A DNA stretch of 64,000 bases. Source: Haliotis rubra (lineage: Eukaryota). Every line of letters begins with the position of its first letter. Position 1 is the stretch's first letter. The position numbers were made by a program, and so were the translations under genes. Shown here in pieces: positions 1 to 11,445 of this stretch. Below the pieces are notes generated by a model, which ran no database searches, was not told the origin of the DNA, and saw only the letters and a list, made by a program, of their open reading frames with translations. The stretch is taken from the NCBI RefSeq assembly GCF_003918875.1, contig NW_025766225.1:3100001-3164000 (forward strand), read 5' to 3'.

Positions 1-1730
1 AGATGCTCTTCGACCGCGCGTAGCTGTCTGAATATCTGATGAGGTTTGTATGCATCTAGTTGACTTGTGCGCCGCTTCTATGTGGAGATCTGATGGGTGA
101 TCGACCTGGTGATGAACGGAGTGGAGATCGCCTATGGGATGATCTTCTCGAGACTTGTGAGGTGAATGTTGATAGCTTCGCCGAAGCTCTTCGGCAGTCC
201 CTCGATGTTCTTCTAGACGATGAAGATCTGGAATCATATGTCTTTCGCGAATGCCTTCGCCTTCTTCATTTGCGTCCCGTCCGGGGATCGATGATATGAC
301 CTTCGCGGCGCTTCCGCGGATGTCTGATGGTCTGAGTCCATATCTAGAGATGAAATCGAAGATGGTGATGATCTCTCCCGCCACCGAAGGCCTTCGCCGG
401 CTGTACATCTAGGTCCTTCGCCAAGGTGGTGCGGACTTCCTTCGCCGAAGGTGACATCGCCTTGGCTGCTACGCTGACGGGGTGCCTCTGGGGTGCTGTT
501 CACGCTGGAGCCTTCGCTGGTTGCTCGACTTCGCTTGCGCAGTTTGTAGTGGTCCTCCATGATGTTCATAATCTGCCGATCATGTCTTCTGGGATGATCT
601 GTGACGAAGTCGCCGGCGCCTTTTTCTGCGATGGGGTTCACATCAATGACGCCTGACGCCGGGTGTAGAGGCATCAGGCTGCATGGAGATCTCTGCAGAA
701 GTCACAGTCGCTGACACCGTCGCCTTCTTCTGCCGTAAGTCGGGATGATTATCGGCTGATCATCGAGAGGCCCAACTCTGCTGCTGGAACGATCTCGCTG
801 AGAAAGTTCTTGCTGTCTTCGTGAGATTTCCCTTTGAAGTCTGCGCTGCCCTGGGTGTCCTCAATCTGCGCTGAGACGCACGATGAGGCCCTCTTAGACT
901 TAGTCTGCAATGACGGGATGTCTGGGGAGGCCGGTCGCTTTCTTCGAGGTAACGGATCAAGCCCCACGCTCTCTGCCGCCAGGGGTCTCTAGCAGAACAC
1001 CAGACGGAGAGGGTCGATCGCTAGCAGCTGACTGGAAGGAATATCTGGACTCTCTGCCATGTTTTGCCCTTGTTTGCGTGATCTATCTGCAGCACGCCTG
1101 CCATGTTTTGCCCTTGTTTGCGTGATCTATCTGCAGCACGCCTTAAGACGCAAAGATGATATTTATTAAATGCAGAATGAGATAAATTAATGCAGTAACT
1201 GCAACGTGAATTAAACGCATACACACGCGAGAACAACTAGGGCATATTACATGTGGATCGGAGGCAGAAAACGTAATCTACAAATCGCATAGATTTTCAT
1301 GAACGTAGCTAGCTGAACAATCACTTAATACACGTGAATAAACAGTAGAAATAATGATAATTAATCAATACAAATAGTAAAGGATACTAGCTATACCTCT
1401 ATAGTAACCTATGAGAGGTAAAAACTAAGAGATTATCAAAGGATATGTGTGTAAGGAGACACAAGGCGCTCTCACATCCTGCTCACTGGGCGAAGAAGGA
1501 GAGAGTGGAGCACATGGCCAGAGGGTGGCGACACCTTTTCCCGCCAGGGGAGACAAAGGGGAGCAACTCGTGGTGAGTACCAATTAGTGATTTTATTTTG
1601 AAGGGAGCTTCAAATAAGGAGATACAAGTGTTCCACTATGTTCGCAAGAAGAAGAAGACAAGCAAAAGAGCATGAGTCAGGATAAGGAAAAATAAATATT
1701 ATTACTCATTCGAAATGATAATTTCATCAC
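1..1730 (-). mobile_element. 5' part of a probable DIRS-type (tyrosine-recombinase) retrotransposon with fragmented Ser/Arg/Pro-rich gag-like ORF1
   Basis: Abrupt GC/CpG-rich block (1-1150) inside an AT-rich intron. Minus-strand S/R/P-rich ORF pieces (749-967, 234-674) run off the window. The terminus GAAATTATCATTTCGAATGAGTAATAATATTTATTTTTCC resembles DIRS ITR ends as I recall them. No RT or recombinase is in the window. Confidence 0.55.
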
Positions 1731-1925
1731 CAACTATTAATATCTTTGAGACTACTCTCCAAACAAAACATTAAATTTTCAACGATGATAACACACAAAC
1801 GTACATTATCAAAACATGTAGCTTGTTCATATATATATAAATCCTACTCAATGATCTGAAGAACTATCTAAATATTTTATTAACATGTTTAATAGGTAAA
1901 TGCAGCCATGTGATTTTCCACTCAC

Positions 1926-2112
1926 TCTCTAATATCAGCTTGAAGTGTAACAACCTCTGACCAGGTTTCAGGAAGAATGTATTCAAGGGGAGGTAACACA
2001 CTTTCTGGGCTTCAAAGTCCTTGTACAACTCCTCAAACTTCCTGTTTCTCCTCATCTTGGTCTCCACCTCCGACAGAATCTCCTCCTGTCGATCCAGATA
2101 GTTGCAATACAG
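1926..2112 (-). CDS. FARP1: FARP DH exon (LYCNYLDRQEEILSEVE...FEAQKVCYLPLNTFFLKPGQRLLHFKLILE)
   Basis: ccacag|CTG...A|gtgagt; 187 bp, phase 0/1; DH CR3 motif. Confidence 0.94.
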
Positions 2113-3247
2113 CTGTGGAAAAGAGGTCCGAGGTCAGATATGAACATATTAAAATCGATTGTTTACCTGAATTATGCCCACAAACATTAGATTCTGCAAC
2201 AAGTTTGGTAGTTTTAGCACCCTACATCACATTCAAAACAACATATCATCAAGTTCTTTCCTAAAATGTGTCTCATAAACTGTGAGCTGTTTGTGACTTT
2301 TCATGATCAAATAAACTGTAAAAAATGTAATGCCTCCATGTTATAAAGTACATTCTATAAGGAACTACTCCAGACAGACAGATTAGTTTATTTACATCTC
2401 ACCGTCACAAATATAATACATATAAGTGATACAATATATAAAAGCAACCAATCGCAAAGCGATTTATGAGAGATGTTACAACACATAAGAAGATAATCTT
2501 TTGTACAGTGTAAACAGGCGTAAGTATTTAAATTAAAAACAAAAATTAAAAAAGTGTGAAACACATCATAAAGTTATTTGTACATTAAAAAGCGTCTATG
2601 TTCTAAAATATTACAGCAGGTTTTGGCTAAAATATAACTAAACTCTACACATGTAAAAATAAGGGCAAGTTGCTGAGGGGCTGTAAAATCAGTAAAAAAA
2701 AGTAAATTTAACACTGCAAAGCTTTAGAAGATCACTTGTAAAACGTGTATGTAGACAGTTCAGTTAAAACGTGAGCTTCATCTTCAACACAGGTTAAACA
2801 ATTAAAACAGAGTCTATTTTCTACAGGGATGTATTTTCTACTCCACGTAAGTGTCTGCCACCATGATCTAGTGGGAAAAGTCAGGAGAGGGGAAGGTTGG
2901 TTATCTGATCCCCGGCCGTATCATTTAAATATGGTACTTAATGTTTCCCTGCCTGGCACTCAGCATTAAGAAATCAAAACTGATTGTCTTGGAGTCTGTA
3001 CACTGTTGCTGTGTCCTGGGTCTATTTTAACTATAACTGCGGCATGACATTTCGATGGGCTTTCACTTTGAACCCAGTAATAGATGCCACCCCGTAATAA
3101 TCTACATTACATGACCTCAGTACACTTGACAATTTCCAAGTTTACATGAAACTGATGCCAAGGTTGGAAAGAATGCATGTAATGATTTTTCAACTAATTG
3201 ATAAACAACATCGTATCTGAAGTACTATGTAGAAGTTACACCCTCAC

Positions 3248-3332
3248 CTCTTCCGCCACGACTAGAGCATTTAGGACAATGTCTCCGATTCTCTGGTAGT
3301 CCCCGTTCTGGTGAGCGTTGGACTTTCCCTCC
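3248..3332 (-). CDS. FARP1: FARP DH exon (EGKSNAHQNGDYQRIGDIVLNALVVAEE)
   Basis: cctcag|G...GAG|gtgagg; 85 bp, phase 2/0; WEG..NAH..GDYQRIGD is FARP-typical. Confidence 0.93.
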
Positions 3333-3374
3333 CTGAGGCAGAAATATACTCAAGTATATATCACACATATATCT

Positions 3375-3950
3375 GGGAAACAGGACATATCTATTGTAGC
3401 AAGGAAATATGAGCTATATCTGGGAAATATAAGCTATATCTGGGAAATATGAGCTATTTCAGGGAAATAGGGCCTATACAAGGGAAATATGAGCTATACA
3501 GTGAAATATGAGCTATATCAGTGAAATATAAGCTATATCAAGGAAATATGAGCTATATCAGGGAAATATGAGCTATACAGTGAAATATGAGCTATATCTG
3601 GTAAATAGGACCTATATCAGGTAAAATATGAGCTATACAGTGAAATATGAGCTATATCTGGGAAATATGAGCTATATCTGGGAAATATGAGCTATATCAG
3701 GGAAATATGAGCCAGATCAAGGTATCTGTTTTATCAGACGAATACAGTCTGTATTAGGATGTATCTGTTGTATCAGGGAAATATGACACATATCAAGACA
3801 TGTCAGCTATATCAGGGAAATATGAGCCAGATCAGGGTATCTGTTTTATCAGACGAATATTGTCCGTATTAGGATGTATCTGTTGTATCAGGGAAATATG
3901 ACATATATCAAGACATGTCAGCTATATCAGGGAAATATCAGCTATATCAT
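3375..3950. repeat. ~20-bp minisatellite (gggaaatatgagctatatca) plus a larger (~115-bp) duplication
   Basis: Direct tandem copies fill most of the 3333-3970 intron. Confidence 0.9.
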
Positions 3951-3970
3951 GACACATGACAGTAACTGAC

Positions 3971-4104
3971 CACATGGAGAGTCTCTGGTCCACATCCTTG
4001 AGGAAGCTGCAATGGAAATCGTAGATGGGGTCGAGGTAGGAGAATACAAGCTCCACCATGGAGTTGAGGATCATCGTGTCGCCACTGAGAGCGTTGCGGA
4101 ACCA
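3971..4104 (-). CDS. FARP1: FARP DH exon (WFRNALSGDTMILNSMVELVFSYLDPIYDFHCSFLKDVDQRLSMW)
   Basis: tttcag|TGG...TG|gtcagt; 134 bp, phase 0/2. Confidence 0.93.
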
Positions 4105-4354
4105 CTGAAACAATAACACACATCAACAATCCAGATGTTCTGGCACAAAAAAATGACTAACTTCATCCTCCATTGGACTTTTGCTAGATACAAACACAGG
4201 AACTCTAAGCATCTTCAGACATCATTGTATGCAGCACTTATATCATCAAAGCAAATATAAGAACACACTTTATAGATTCTTAAAACATGTATTCATTCAT
4301 TGGCCATATGCTCCCTGTGACTCTTTCCAGATAGAGTATGGAGCTTGTCACTGT

Positions 4355-4509
4355 AGAGTGAGTGAATAAGTATGGTTTTAGCAATATTCCAGCAATACCA
4401 TGGCGGGGCACACCAGAAATGGGCTTCACACATTGCCAATGAGGGGAATCGAACCCAGGTCTTCGGCGTGACGAGCTAACGCTTTAACCACTAGGCTACC
4501 CCACCACCC
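4355..4509 (-). mobile_element. SINE family A
   Basis: Homology to the 26152 copy; TSD cttgtcactgt. Confidence 0.85.
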
Positions 4510-4553
4510 CTTGTCACTGTGGAAAGATGAGAGACCTGTTGGATGTAACTCAC

Positions 4554-4645
4554 CACACAGATGAGCTCCAGATCCTTCTTGTACGTCCCCGCTCCGTCAT
4601 GAGCAGCTCCTTGGCGATGTAGTAGGAACTGTCCACTGGGTGGCG
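4554..4645 (-). CDS. FARP1: FARP exon, start of RhoGEF/DH domain (RHPVDSSYYIAKELLMTERTYKKDLELICV; +2 indel at 4587-4590)
   Basis: ttgcag|CGC...GTG|gtgagt; 92 bp = 90 + 2 extra G in CGG[GG]ACG; DH CR1 motif ELLxTERTY. Confidence 0.9.
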
Positions 4646-4774
4646 CTGCAAGTACAGACAGGATATACCTGTTGTTGTATCAATGTGGAATGTGGTATAT
4701 ATACATGGCATGTATGTGAAATATTCCTTTAAAATACAGGTTGTCTGTGTGTCATATACTTGACATTTACATTA

Positions 4775-4850
4775 CTACATTTCATTTCATTACATTACAT
4801 TACATTACATTACATTACATTACATTACATTACATTACATTACATTACAT
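4775..4850. repeat. (TACAT)n microsatellite
   Basis: About 12 perfect copies. Confidence 0.95.
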
Positions 4851-5353
4851 AGTCTTGGTTCTCAGGCACACAATGATAAAGTCTGAATACTTCTGTTTGT
4901 TTACATTTTTGAAAAAAAAATATTGCCACATCTCGAACAAACAAACCCAGCAGTGAAATGCTGCAATACTATGAATAACAAGATGCAGTTACCTCCCTTT
5001 GCATGATAACTACTTCCCTGTGCATGTCGAGATATGGTCATGGAAGCAGTGTGAGGTTCTTTAAAGCTTCTTATACAGGTTGTATATGTGTAATTCACCT
5101 GTCATATACTTGAATAATAAGTATCTTATACCTGTCATAGACAAGTCATATATACCAATCAAACACTTGTCATATATCTAGATTTGAAATGAGACAAGAT
5201 TTCTGGCATGTGTAAGGGAAACAACTCTGAACAATGAAATGTGGCACCTGACCTCAGGGCTATTGTGAGGTCACAGGTTAGAGGTCGAAGACAACGGAGC
5301 TGAGACAATGTTGATGCTATGTTGAATTTTAACCTCTTTCCTGATGAACTAAC

Positions 5354-5633
5354 CTTGACCTTCTTCTTTGTGTCGATGTCTTCCTGGTCCTCGGACTTGG
5401 TTGTGGACAGCGTAGAGATGTTGCTGGGGATGCCGGAGCTGGAGCTGCTCACTGTTGATGCCGCATGCATGTAGGACTTCTTGTTCTTGGACGGAGGTGT
5501 GAGGGGGTAGTCACTCTCATCCAGGATGGGAGGCGGGGGAGGAGGTGGAGGAGATGGGGATGATGGTGAAGGGAGGGTTTCATTTCTCTCAGTTGTTGGA
5601 GAACTGGTAGTGGCATTTGTGCCTCGCATTAGA
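5354..5633 (-). CDS. FARP1: FARP Pro/Ser-rich linker exon preceding the DH domain
   Basis: tttcag|T...AAG|gttagt; 280 bp, phase 2/0; ends KKKVK directly before RHPVD. Confidence 0.85.
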
Positions 5634-5787
5634 CTGAAACATACAAACTTGATTTGAGTTGAATCTTGTGCTCCTGTGTGAGATTAATCATTAGGTGTTA
5701 ACATACACACACTCTGTTAAATTGGGTTTTGGTCAGTCTGGTGGTGAAAGTGTTCGCTAGTCATGCCGTAGACCTGGGTTCACTTCA

Positions 5788-5970
5788 TACGAGGGTCAGT
5801 CAATAAGTAGTCGGCCTAACTATATTCTGAATGTCCAAAGTTTGAAAAGCTTCCATTTTATTTTGAAAGAATCATTAGCAAGTTATACAGAGTTGAGCTG
5901 ATTATGCACGTGTGCCCCGTTAATAAACGTTCCAGCAATATCAAAGAATTGAGTTATCTTCTTAATGAAA
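5788..5970. mobile_element. Possible mariner-type fragment between two degenerate SINE A pieces
   Basis: Starts TACGAGGGTCAGTCAATAAGT, a mariner-like TIR with TA; no partner TIR seen. Confidence 0.35.
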
Positions 5971-6339
5971 GCATTCACTGGTCATGCCAAAGACCAGGGT
6001 TCAATTCACCACAAGCGAACAACAAGTGAAGACCATGTCTGATGTTGTCTGGCAAGTGTCACTCAAAAAATACAAACTCACACACTTTCTCCAGCAAAAT
6101 CAAAGTGGGACACACACTTAATGTTGGCTATGATGATTGCACCTGTGAAGAACACATGTCTTATGTGACCGACTTTAGTACTGTGTGGACCGGATTATGC
6201 ATTGTTAGGCTGGGATTAATGACTTACAGGCAATAATGGCCATTTGTCACATATAATAACAAGATCTTGCAAAACACATTGGGTACTCAGCATGTATGTG
6301 CACCAGAATCTTCAATGGCGCGAGATTCGAGCACCTTAC

Positions 6340-6547
6340 CTCAATCTGTTGGGAGGACTGAGATTAAGGTCGTCCTCCTGCACGACCTCTGGAATGTTCT
6401 CCACTTCAGGGCATCGGGACAGGCGGTGTTCATCTTCTATACTCTGGACAATGTCCCTCGACCCAAGAACTGGGGCTGAAAACTTTCGGTCCATGACCTT
6501 GAACCCTGATGGAGAGTTGGATGGGTGATAGAATCTTGGAGAATCAA
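6340..6547 (-). CDS. FARP1: FARP linker exon (DSPRFYHPSNSPSGFKVMDRKFSAP...PPNRL)
   Basis: ttccag|TT...AG|gtaagg; 208 bp, phase 1/2; open frame that joins the 5633 exon. Confidence 0.78.
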
Positions 6548-8548
6548 CTGGAAGAGAACAGCACACATTTAAGATTCAAAGTCAAAGACCTGCTTCATCA
6601 CAGTAGCCTCCCTTAGTCTTCCCATGCTAGTGGGGAGACAGATTGTGTCCTAGGTTGTGATGGCGCTGTGTGACTAGGAACGATCTAGGTCATTGTTTTA
6701 AGCAGCATGTTTCTGTGTCATGCATAAAAGATAAAATGTAAGAGTGAGTGAGTCAGTGATTTGAAACTTCTGATGAGGTGTAGACATTTCAATTCCAGAG
6801 TGAATGAAGGTCAAGGTCACTATGTTGATGCAGATATATTAGCAATTGGAGGAGGTTAATTGCCAAGCAACAGCAAAGCAGCCTCTGTTACCAATCATTG
6901 ACTCAGTAAAAAACAGAGTGAAATCATAGTTGTCCAACAACTACCTCATACCAGACACAGAGTGACCTTGACCTTCATCCACACTCTGTGGTGTGCCTGT
7001 ACCAGTTTGTGCCTTGACCATCCAGTGTTGACATTCTTCATACACTGGACCTCTTCGTCACGATTGTTCTGTACTGGAAGTCACATGACCATCTTTGTTG
7101 TCACTAACCGAGCACAAAATGTAGTTTGCTTTAGAGTGTTGTCTGATTGGATGGCTATTTGATGCCTTGTGTCATTTGAATCAGGCTCAAAATGGTATCA
7201 ATATGTACCAAAAATGGATAATGGAGCATGAAATTTTGTGTGAGAATTTCCTATTTGATAACCTTTATAATGACCCAGTCAGTTAAAGACTGGGTATATA
7301 GTTTGTATATTCCATGTCGACTTCAAACTGGAGACTTGATGCTTATCATATAAGGTGGGTGATGCAAGAAATGTGATACTAATGGCCCTACAACTGATTC
7401 ACATTTGTTCAATGCAACCTGATCTGCAGACGAAAACCATCAATCTAAATCTGGCTCTATCACTAGTGTGTTCAGGAGACATCTTCCATTCCCTTCCAGA
7501 GTCAGTAAACAGTAATTAGTTACTGACTTCCAACAGAATCTGGATCCCCATGTTTAGGTTACATTACACCAGATCAGAATCCTGAGTTTAACAATCCATT
7601 TTTGTAGGGAGTCTTAAGTGCAGATTGAATCATCTGACCGTTGTGATTGGATGATTTTGTGTAAGGTTTTTGTGCTTTTTAAATGGACATCTATCCAGCA
7701 ATATAAATTTGCCATGTTTCTTGATATTTAGTTGTGTCTTATTGAACATGAGGACTTTCGCTGAATGTGACCCAAGGTATTTTCAAGCGGTTGACACTTT
7801 ATGCTGAACTGGGGTTGGTCTGTTTAGCTTCCTGTACTAAGATGGATTGGCTGAGGTAGTAATTTCCTTATTTTCCTTTGCTGCTTTAAGGCTAGACTGT
7901 GCACACATGTAATGGCTGTTGATGGCTTTGTTGATTTGAAAAAACCCATTACTATAGAAGTAATAATTGATTTTGTGCAACCTTAAAGCAGCAGATGGAG
8001 ATGTTGATATATTCAGCTGTTGCGACTGTTTGAGACGTCTGCGCGTCTGGAACTAATATTCAACTTTTGCATACTATATAAAAGAAACTGTGCACTTTCT
8101 GTTGATTGTCTCATTAAAAGCCACAGTCCAATGATCAATATGATAATATATCCGTACTCTTGTGTTTCAAATTGTTCCTGTTCTGCTGTTCTCAGATCTC
8201 CATTGTTTCATTGGAAAATCAGGGCAGGCCCCTAGTTTGATGTGTTTGTTCAGAAGATGTTGGAAAATAAAAAATGCTGTATATGCAGTATAGCATGATG
8301 AAAATGTTCACAGTCTTGTTTCAAATACATAAAATAATTTGAAGGAGTGACAACAAATATATGCTGTTTCCCCCCAAAAACAAATATGGTGAAAAAACAC
8401 AAAAAAAACACACCCCAAACTTTAATGAATTTCTGAAGTACAAGAAGGTGGCTTCGTTCTTTCCTAAATGACTGTGCATTTGGATATGTCAAATCAAAAC
8501 TCATATCGGCTTACGACACTTCAAGCTATGTAGTAAACACTCAACTCT

Positions 8549-9675
8549 GTATGTCTTAATTCAGAATGAATACTATTTCTACGTATGTCTTAATTCAGAA
8601 TGAATACTATTTCTACTTATGTCTTAATTCAGAATGAATACTATTTCTACGTATGTCTTAATTCAGAATGAATGCTATATCTACGCACGTCTTAATTCAG
8701 AATTAATTCTATTTCTACGTACGTCTTAATTCAGAATGAATACTATTTCTACGCATGGCTTAATTAATAATAAATACTATTTCTATAATATGTCTTAATT
8801 CAGAATGAATGCTATTTCTACGTATGTCTTAATTCAGAATGAATAATATTTCTACGTATGGCTTAATTAAGAATGAATACTATTTCTACGTATGTCTTAA
8901 TTCAGAATGAATACTATTTCTACATATGTCTTAATTCAGAATGAATACTATTTCTACGTATGTCTTAATTCAGAATGAATGCTATATCTACGCCGACGTC
9001 TTAATTCAGAATTAATTCTATTTCTACGTACGTCTTAATTCAGAATGAATACTATTTCTACGTATGGCTTAATTCAGAATGAATGCTATTTCTACGTATG
9101 TCTTAATTCAGAATGAATACTATTTCTATGTATGGCTTAATTCAGAATGAAGGCTATTGCTATGTATGTCTTAATTCAGAATGAATACTATTTCTCCGTA
9201 TGGCTTAATTCAGAATGAATACTATTTCTATGTATGGCTTAATTCAGAATGAATGCTATTGCTACGTATGGCTTAATTCAGAATGAATACTATTTCTACT
9301 TATGTCTTAATTCAGAATGAATGCTATATCTACGCACGTCTTAATTCAGAATTAATACTATTTCTACGTACGTCTTAATTCAGAATGAATACTATTTCTA
9401 CGTATGTCTTAATTCAGAATGAATACTATTTCTACGCATGGCTTAATTAATAATAAATACTATTTCTATAATATGTCTTAATTCAGAATGAATGCTATTT
9501 CTACGTATGTCTTAATTCAGAATGAATAATATTTCTACGTATGGCTTAATTAAGAATGAATACTATTTCTACGTATGTCTTAATTCAGAATGAATACTAT
9601 TTCTACATATGGCTTAATTCAGAATGAATACTATTTCTACGTATGGCTTAATTCAGAATGAATACTATTTCTACA
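8549..9675. repeat. 34-bp minisatellite (gtatgtcttaattcagaatgaatactatttctac), ~33 copies
   Basis: Direct tandem repeat. Confidence 0.95.
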
Positions 9676-10562
9676 AACTACCGAGTGAAATAACATAATT
9701 TTTGTGTGTATTTTTTAATCACTAACACTGACAGCATAAAATAGATATCAGCAAAGTAATCTTAATTACATTTTCATTTCGCTATTGCTATTTGCTGGAT
9801 TTGAAAACTTAAGATACATTTAATGATTCATGTGTCGTACATCTCATGCCCTGTAATGATGGATCAAATCTTCTAATTCCCTCAGCTTGTGCTTGCAGTG
9901 CAAGATGTTGAATTCTGTCAGGCAAAAATATTTTTCTTTGGTTCCCAAGATTTTTGTTTATTAAAGTGATGCAATAAAGATATTTCTCAAAATTGAAAGT
10001 AATACTATCATCATTTAAAGAGCTATAATGTTATGGTAATTTTCAGACTTTCCAGGTTAACTGAAGCACTAGACAGTACAAGTCACAATGTCTCCATGCA
10101 ACGTACCCAGGTGTGCCAATAAATGTAAACTCAACAATTTGCAATGCAGACAATCTTCCTGATCAACTTCTGCTGTTCCCCTAACAACTTTTCCTAACCC
10201 TCTAAATGTCAGACTGCATAAAGAAAGAATAACTTCAGGTTGTTGCAATGTTTTCCTCTCTCCATGAAAACATTGTTTCTTATCAACATACACTGAAGGA
10301 AGCACTGCATATTATGGCTCCATATCAAACAAATCTACACAGGTTCAAACAAACAGTTCTGTACTTGTGGCTCCAAAACAAATATACATGGGATTGTGCT
10401 TCTTATAATGTCAAACTTAAAAACCAGCCCTTCCGTATTTCCTCTATAAGATGCCCAGGTACGTGACAATTTAACGAAAACCATCGATTAGGCCATGAAT
10501 ACATTGAAACCCCTGAACACCACCCACCCCCACCCCCCGATCCGCCCATGGAACACTTTTGT

Positions 10563-10680
10563 GGAAGCTGCGGTGGCTGAGTGGGTTAGACGGCTGAATT
10601 TGTGTGCTGGTGATTAGGTGCCTGACTCTGAGGGTGTGTATTTGAATCCCGGATGGGACTCAACTAAAAAAAAGTACTAG
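10563..10680 (+). mobile_element. tRNA-derived SINE head fragment
   Basis: A box TGGCTGAGTGG and degenerate B box TTTGAATCCC, then an A-run; no full cloverleaf. Confidence 0.55.
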
Positions 10681-11134
10681 ATTCTGTACATAAGTTACAT
10701 TGACGGCCTCCATTAGAGGCCAGCATGTCAAAAGGCCATTAATTACCAAAATATCAGTTTTTAAGATCTGAGAACAGAGGTTTGGCTTCTAATTTAAAGA
10801 CAGAACATGTGATAGCTTCTAACAGAGGAAATATGGTAATTCAGGTCCTCGGGTTATCGTCAACCGCACACGCTGCTGCAGCTGGTGAGATAATGTTTAT
10901 ACATGTGTTTCAGAAGGGAACACTACACGTGTGAATGCATACAGCCTACTGAGATTGTGTGCAATAAGATAATGTCAAACCTGCAAAGCCAAATATTTGA
11001 GATGTGTGTGTGGGTGTGTACATTCTGTAGCATCTTCTTCAATGAAACCTGTACAAGCTCAATGTCATAACTCAGGTCGCATGTATTCTTGAAGCTTGTG
11101 AAATATTTTGTACAGATCTGTTGAAGGGCCACTA

Positions 11135-11445
11135 TAGTAATAACTAATGTGGAAACGTTGTTAGGTGACTAGTATCAACTAATGTGGATCAGTTGTTGGG
11201 TGACTAGTATCAACTAATGTGGAAACTTGTTGGGTGACTAGTATCAACTAATGTGGAAAAGTTGTTAGGTGACTAGTATCAACTAATGTGGAAACGTTGT
11301 TGGGTGACTAGTATCAACTAATGTGGATCAGTTATTGGGTGACTAGTATCAACTAATGTGGATCAGTTGTTGGGTGACTAGTATCAACTAATGTGGATCA
11401 GTTGTTGGGTGACTAGTATCAACTAATGTGGATCAGTTGTAGATA
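11135..11445. repeat. 35-bp minisatellite (gactagtatcaactaatgtggatcagttgttgggt); degenerate copies to ~11800
   Basis: Direct tandem repeat. Confidence 0.9.
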
